From NCBI RefSeq assembly GCF_000981445.1, contig NC_027218.1:3410001-3474000 (forward strand): a stretch of 64,000 nt of DNA, read 5' to 3'. This document shows, one piece after another, positions 59,905 through 64,000 of this stretch; position 1 is the first letter of the stretch, and every line of letters starts with the position of its first letter. Below the pieces are notes generated by a model. It had not been told where the DNA came from. It saw only the letters and a program-made list of their open reading frames with translations, and searched no databases. The position numbers were made by a program, and so were the translations under genes. The stretch comes from Babesia bigemina. Lineage: Eukaryota.

Positions 59905-60099
59905 TTAGCTGTAGAATGCGATGCAGAAGGGTATCTTGCGTACGAGGAAATCGCGGATGTTGCGGCCCACCGGGAAGCGGAAGATGCACAGGTCGAGCAG
60001 GATGATGGCGACGATGATGGCAACGATGACGGCGGCGATGGCGGAGTAGGGAGGGGGGGATAGTGGAGTAGTCACCTCACTGCTCATGTAATTTGCCAT
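59905..60099 (-). other. Orphan F-type TM+tail cassette, in frame with leader (64-aa ORF)
   Basis: ORF track MANYMSSEVTTPLSPPPYSAIAAVIVAIIVAIILLDLCIF...CIAFYS. Confidence 0.7.
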
Positions 60100-60158
60100 A
60101 AAGCAATCATTACTCTGTCTAGAACATTAGATGTCAGTCGCCAGTTATGTAATTGTGA

Positions 60159-60611
60159 TTAGCTGCGCAGTAGATACCGCACCCTGTGGAACGGCCGGAT
60201 GCGGAAGTAGATCATGACGCAGATGACGAGGATGATGAGGGCGACGGGGACGAGGATGTAAGGGGTGGGAGAAGATGGTGAGTCGGAGGTATTACTCTGC
60301 TCTGCGATGATATACTGTACATCATGGGAAGATGTGGATACCGATGGAGCGGATGTAGAGCGTCTCTGTTCGCAACATGGACATTCACAGCCGGATTTAT
60401 CACACTCACTGCATTTCTTTGTACATTTCGGTGGTTTGCATTCGTCTTTTAATGTGCCTACTTGGCGTTGGTAGAAAAAGTTATAACAGTATATGCATCC
60501 TCTATTTTGACATTTTACACAACACCAATAACAGCAATTACACTTCACGAGCAATATACACCCATTATTACAATCGTTACAAGGTAGACCACCATACGTC
60601 CCTTTAGACAT
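60159..60611 (-). CDS. Small Cys-rich single-pass membrane protein s5 (150 aa; R-type tail)
   Basis: Same architecture and start context as paralogues. Confidence 0.85.
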   Translation of the reverse strand: MSKGTYGGLPCNDCNNGCILLVKCNCCYWCCVKCQNRGCIYCYNFFYQRQVGTLKDECKPPKCTKKCSECDKSGCECPCCEQRRSTSAPSVSTSSHDVQYIIAEQSNTSDSPSSPTPYILVPVALIILVICVMIYFRIRPFHRVRYLLRS

Positions 60612-60617
60612 CTTCCC

Positions 60618-60785
60618 CTGCCGCTCCCGGTCCCCTCAACCTGCAAACATCAATCACCTAGCAAGCACTCACCAACTGCAACACTACCACTGCCGCTACC
60701 ACTCCCCTCAACCTGCAAACATATCAATCACTCAAGCAGCACTCACCAACTGCAACACTACCACTGCCGCTCCCAGTCCCCTCAT
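60618..60785. repeat. Repeat D array, ~2 copies
   Basis: Same unit. Confidence 0.88.
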
Positions 60786-60794
60786 CAACACTTA

Positions 60795-61293
60795 CCCTCA
60801 CCCCTGTGTCCCCCCAGCCCAGGCCACCGACACCCACGCTGCCCGGGATACCACAGATGCCCTGACGCGGCGCATGTGATTAGCACGAACCGTTACTTTA
60901 AATTATTCACTATTCGCAACGCCATAAAAATTGCAGCGACCCGTGAGCTCAACTCCCACAGTGCAGCAGCACCGTGCTACGAGCCGAGATATCGGCGCCG
61001 TGCTGGCGGAGCGTGTCGGCTACGTGCCTAAATGTGATATCAACAATCGCTACATTGCCGCCTATAAATGCTACTCAACCAGGCCAACGCAGATAACGCC
61101 ACCCTGCCAGTGACTCGCAACACACGACTTAGGCCACCCGCCGCGGCCCTCACGACCGCCTACGTTAGCGACCAATCACCCAGCCTCACGTGACACTGAC
61201 TCAATAGGCAACGCGGACACCTCGCACAGTCAACGCGTGACTCAACGCACCAGGCAATCAACGTGCTACTACACCCACCAAATTACTATTCAT
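60795..61293. promoter_or_regulatory. Conserved ~500-bp spacer, copy 5
   Basis: Similar to 4600-5105. Confidence 0.4.
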
Positions 61294-61295
61294 CC

Positions 61296-61577
61296 GCTAG
61301 CTTAGCACTTTGCCTGGGTGCTAGTTTACCACTTTGCCTGGGTGCTAGCTTACCACTTTGCCTGGTTGCTAGCTTAGCACTTTGCCTGCGTGCCAGCTTA
61401 GCACTTTGCCTGGGTGCTTGCTTACCACTTTGCCTGGTTGCTAAGTTAGCACTTTGCCTGGGTGCCAGCTTAGCACTTTGCCTGGTTGCTAGGTTAGCAC
61501 ATTGCCTGGTTGCTAGCTTAACACTTTGCCTGGATGCTAGCTTAGCACATTGCCTGGGTACTGGGTTAGCACGTTGC
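61296..61577. repeat. Repeat E array, ~11 copies
   Basis: Same unit. Confidence 0.93.
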
Positions 61578-61723
61578 ATTGTCTTTCCGTCATCACCTAA
61601 TCTAGGTACTTTTTAGTTCACAGGTTGCCGCTAGAGTAATTCGAGACATTAGACTACGTTTGTCGGTTAGGTGAGTAGGTGAATTATTACGTGAGTTGCT
61701 GTGAATTGCAAGTGTGAATACAA

Positions 61724-64000
61724 TTACGGTTGTAGATACGATATCTTGGCAAGCCTTCCGACTTGCGCCGCCGCCAACAATGACTGCGCTGTAATCTTGT
61801 GCGATGACGGTATCCTCAGGTGTGAGCGTATGTGGAGCACATCCAGTCTGCCAACCATTACGCAGATGAGGTAGAAGAAGGATAGTGACCAAAGTGCGAC
61901 GGTCATCCACAAGAAAGGTGCGCGGATGGTGAACATGAAATTGTCAATGGCTTTGAAAAACTGCACAAGATGTGAGTCTTTGTCAAATGCCTCCGCAAAT
62001 ACATCGCAGAAATCTCTGCACGTGCGTTTTGTATGCGATTGTCCATCCCTGTTCAGCCTCTCTGGATCGCCGAGAACGAAGCCGTATTTTGCCAATGTCG
62101 GCAGCGTTGAATTGCACTTTACAATGGATTTGCATTTGGGATCGTGATATCGTGGCGGTTTGTACGTAGTTGATGTAGTTGTACATTCCTTGATGCACGC
62201 CTTTTCATGGCAATTCGACCCCTTGAAACCGCATTTGGAATTGCACTCATCGTACAACTTTTTAAGCAGATCGTAAAACGTCGCCGTCAGGTAAACGATC
62301 CACGACAAATATTTATCGGCATGCTTCGATGAAAACATACCGTAGATGGATTTATTGATCGGACGCAAATATGGACCACATACGACGGCGTCATTCGACG
62401 TGCATACGAGACTTCCCAGGCTACCAGCGGAATGCCCCGTCCACGCTTCTGAGTGACTAAAGGAAAATATGTAGTAAACCTTTAGCTCTTCATAATTAAC
62501 GCCAAAGTTTGCATTGTTCACCGCAGTGTTGAATGCTGCTTCCCTATGCTCGCTATTACCCATGCTCCAGCGATTGGTGAAATTGTAGTAAAAGGCGAAC
62601 ATATCGCCGAGAGTCTGCGGAGGCGTTTGTAACAGACAGTTGAAGTAACCACAAAGTTTCGTAAGTGGACTACCCTGTTTTCCACAAAATTCTGCAAGCA
62701 CCTTCCTAAGATGTTCACCTATCTGAGTATGCGATGCCATAGTGCTTATATCTGTAAAGCCCATTGGCGTCTTACACGGTATGCCGCGATGGTTGGACAC
62801 AGTGCATTCTAGTTTACAACCTGGTTTCTTAAATGAGTGTGGTAGAAAACCCGGCAAACCATCCTCTAAGTATGACTGTAACGGAGATTTTACACCGCAC
62901 TTAGGGTGTAACTCACACGTTTGGTTGACCTTTTGGTTACACTTTTGGTCAGCGCATTGCTTTGAGTTGCACTTCCAATCTGACCCACCGATTGCATTGC
63001 CATACAAACAACCCCGCCACCCGGAACAGCTTTCGTCGTTGCAGCATTGGCAGCATACGAAGTAGAGCTGTTGGTAAAGACGATTCAAGATGTCTACCAG
63101 CATATCAATGCATTGGCCGTAGCGAGAGGGATACGAGAACCCTTGAGAATTGGTGTTGAAGTCCACCGCGTATATTCCGTCCGCGTGTCCATGACCAAGT
63201 ATAGATGTAAGTACGTCGTGAGCCTGATGGCATACTTCCGTCAGCATGCCTGATATTCCTCCAACTGTGATGTTCTCCGGGTGAGCAGGCAGAGTGTCGG
63301 CGTCGTCGGTTTCAAGCAAGATGTCGTCCCCCTCACTGTTAGCAGCGTTGTTCTCCTCCTTCTCAAACAGCTCACTGAATCCGTTAAATGACAACGGTTG
63401 GTAGACAGGATTGTATGGAAAACCGGACAACCATAGCAGCATTTGGTATACGCTCGACGGTTGCTTGGTGGCGAACATGGTACCGTAATGGCAGACTTCG
63501 TAGTAATGATGTAAGTGGGTGAACAGTTGAGCTAATATGCCCCCTTTTTCTTTGAAATACTCAAAGCACTCACCAACGGAATTTAGTTCACTGGGATCCT
63601 TGTTGAACGTCTTGTGACGCGTGAAGCCTCTGCTCAATCTGAAGGCAACTTCTTTACCGGTGTACGTTTTCTTTAGGCTCTCAATCCCGTAGCCATGGAT
63701 CGTCAGGTAATCCCTCAACATATTTGTATTTTGGTTCCCGGTGTCAGTGCCGGCAACGAAGTGCTCCTTCCACGTTTTACCGCCGTGGTAGAACAAATGA
63801 TGCAACTCATCGACGTAACTGGTCACGCAGGTCAAAAACACCTTCGCGCAATTATTTCCATTTGTCGTCAAAATCATATTCTGATCGGAGTCCTGCACTT
63901 TTTGAGCGCTTTGCTGCTTAGGGTCTTTTAACAACCAATCGGTGATTGCCGGCGAGCCATCGTACCTACTGACATACGCCCTCCCAAGTTCACCTACAAG
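61724..64000 (-). CDS. ves: VESA-like protein G8, 3' part only (tail A); frame open to the window edge
   Basis: 759 open codons, Cys-rich C-terminal domain, TM, AKISYLQP tail. Confidence 0.88.
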   Translation of the reverse strand, partial: LVGELGRAYVSRYDGSPAITDWLLKDPKQQSAQKVQDSDQNMILTTNGNNCAKVFLTCVTSYVDELHHLFYHGGKTWKEHFVAGTDTGNQNTNMLRDYLTIHGYGIESLKKTYTGKEVAFRLSRGFTRHKTFNKDPSELNSVGECFEYFKEKGGILAQLFTHLHHYYEVCHYGTMFATKQPSSVYQMLLWLSGFPYNPVYQPLSFNGFSELFEKEENNAANSEGDDILLETDDADTLPAHPENITVGGISGMLTEVCHQAHDVLTSILGHGHADGIYAVDFNTNSQGFSYPSRYGQCIDMLVDILNRLYQQLYFVCCQCCNDESCSGWRGCLYGNAIGGSDWKCNSKQCADQKCNQKVNQTCELHPKCGVKSPLQSYLEDGLPGFLPHSFKKPGCKLECTVSNHRGIPCKTPMGFTDISTMASHTQIGEHLRKVLAEFCGKQGSPLTKLCGYFNCLLQTPPQTLGDMFAFYYNFTNRWSMGNSEHREAAFNTAVNNANFGVNYEELKVYYIFSFSHSEAWTGHSAGSLGSLVCTSNDAVVCGPYLRPINKSIYGMFSSKHADKYLSWIVYLTATFYDLLKKLYDECNSKCGFKGSNCHEKACIKECTTTSTTYKPPRYHDPKCKSIVKCNSTLPTLAKYGFVLGDPERLNRDGQSHTKRTCRDFCDVFAEAFDKDSHLVQFFKAIDNFMFTIRAPFLWMTVALWSLSFFYLICVMVGRLDVLHIRSHLRIPSSHKITAQSLLAAAQVGRLAKISYLQP

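Noticed and set aside
60105..60145. ctaatgttctag linker as a conserved splice acceptor making orphan tails alternative exons
   Set aside because: Reading phase after this AG differs among the three intact cassettes (2, 0, 1) and the other three have an in-frame TGA; kept only as a weak alternative
1..64000. Transposon or retroelement origin of the repeated modules
   Set aside because: No transposase, integrase or reverse-transcriptase motifs, terminal inverted repeats or target-site duplications seen

Overview
Eukaryotic, almost certainly piroplasm (Babesia sensu stricto, B. bigemina/B. ovata-like; recognised from recalled protein motifs, not a database search) variant-surface-antigen locus. 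All genes are on the minus strand, head-to-tail. The window holds seven complete and one partial ~1650-1900 aa VESA-like ORFs (GIVYSDLDRLCDGVM N-terminal motif, helical middle, Cys-rich C-terminal domain, TM helix, tail ending YLQP), plus the leader of a ninth at the left edge. It also holds five small hypervariable Cys-rich single-TM genes, seven orphan TM+tail cassettes and five families of tandem repeats (A 22 bp, B 20 bp, C 12 bp, D ~75 bp, E 24 bp) in a fixed order. In transcription order, tail-A ves genes (..AKISYLQP) are followed by E array, ~500-bp conserved spacer, D array, small Cys-rich gene, optional orphan tails, then C-B-A arrays and the next ves gene. Tail-B ves genes (..NRVFYLQP) go straight to C-B-A. 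The most striking observation is the D unit upstream of each small gene: on the sense strand it reads as a ~40-nt ATG-free segment plus a 32-36-nt GTGAGT...GCAG micro-intron, and most units also carry an ATG-NNN-GCA-GGN-TGA mini-uORF across the putative acceptor. This suggests a copy-number-variable, splicing-coupled translational control element. Five of seven ves 5' leaders are out of frame or interrupted by a stop, and the genes are mosaics of exchangeable modules. Repeat boundaries and copy numbers were estimated by eye and are approximate.
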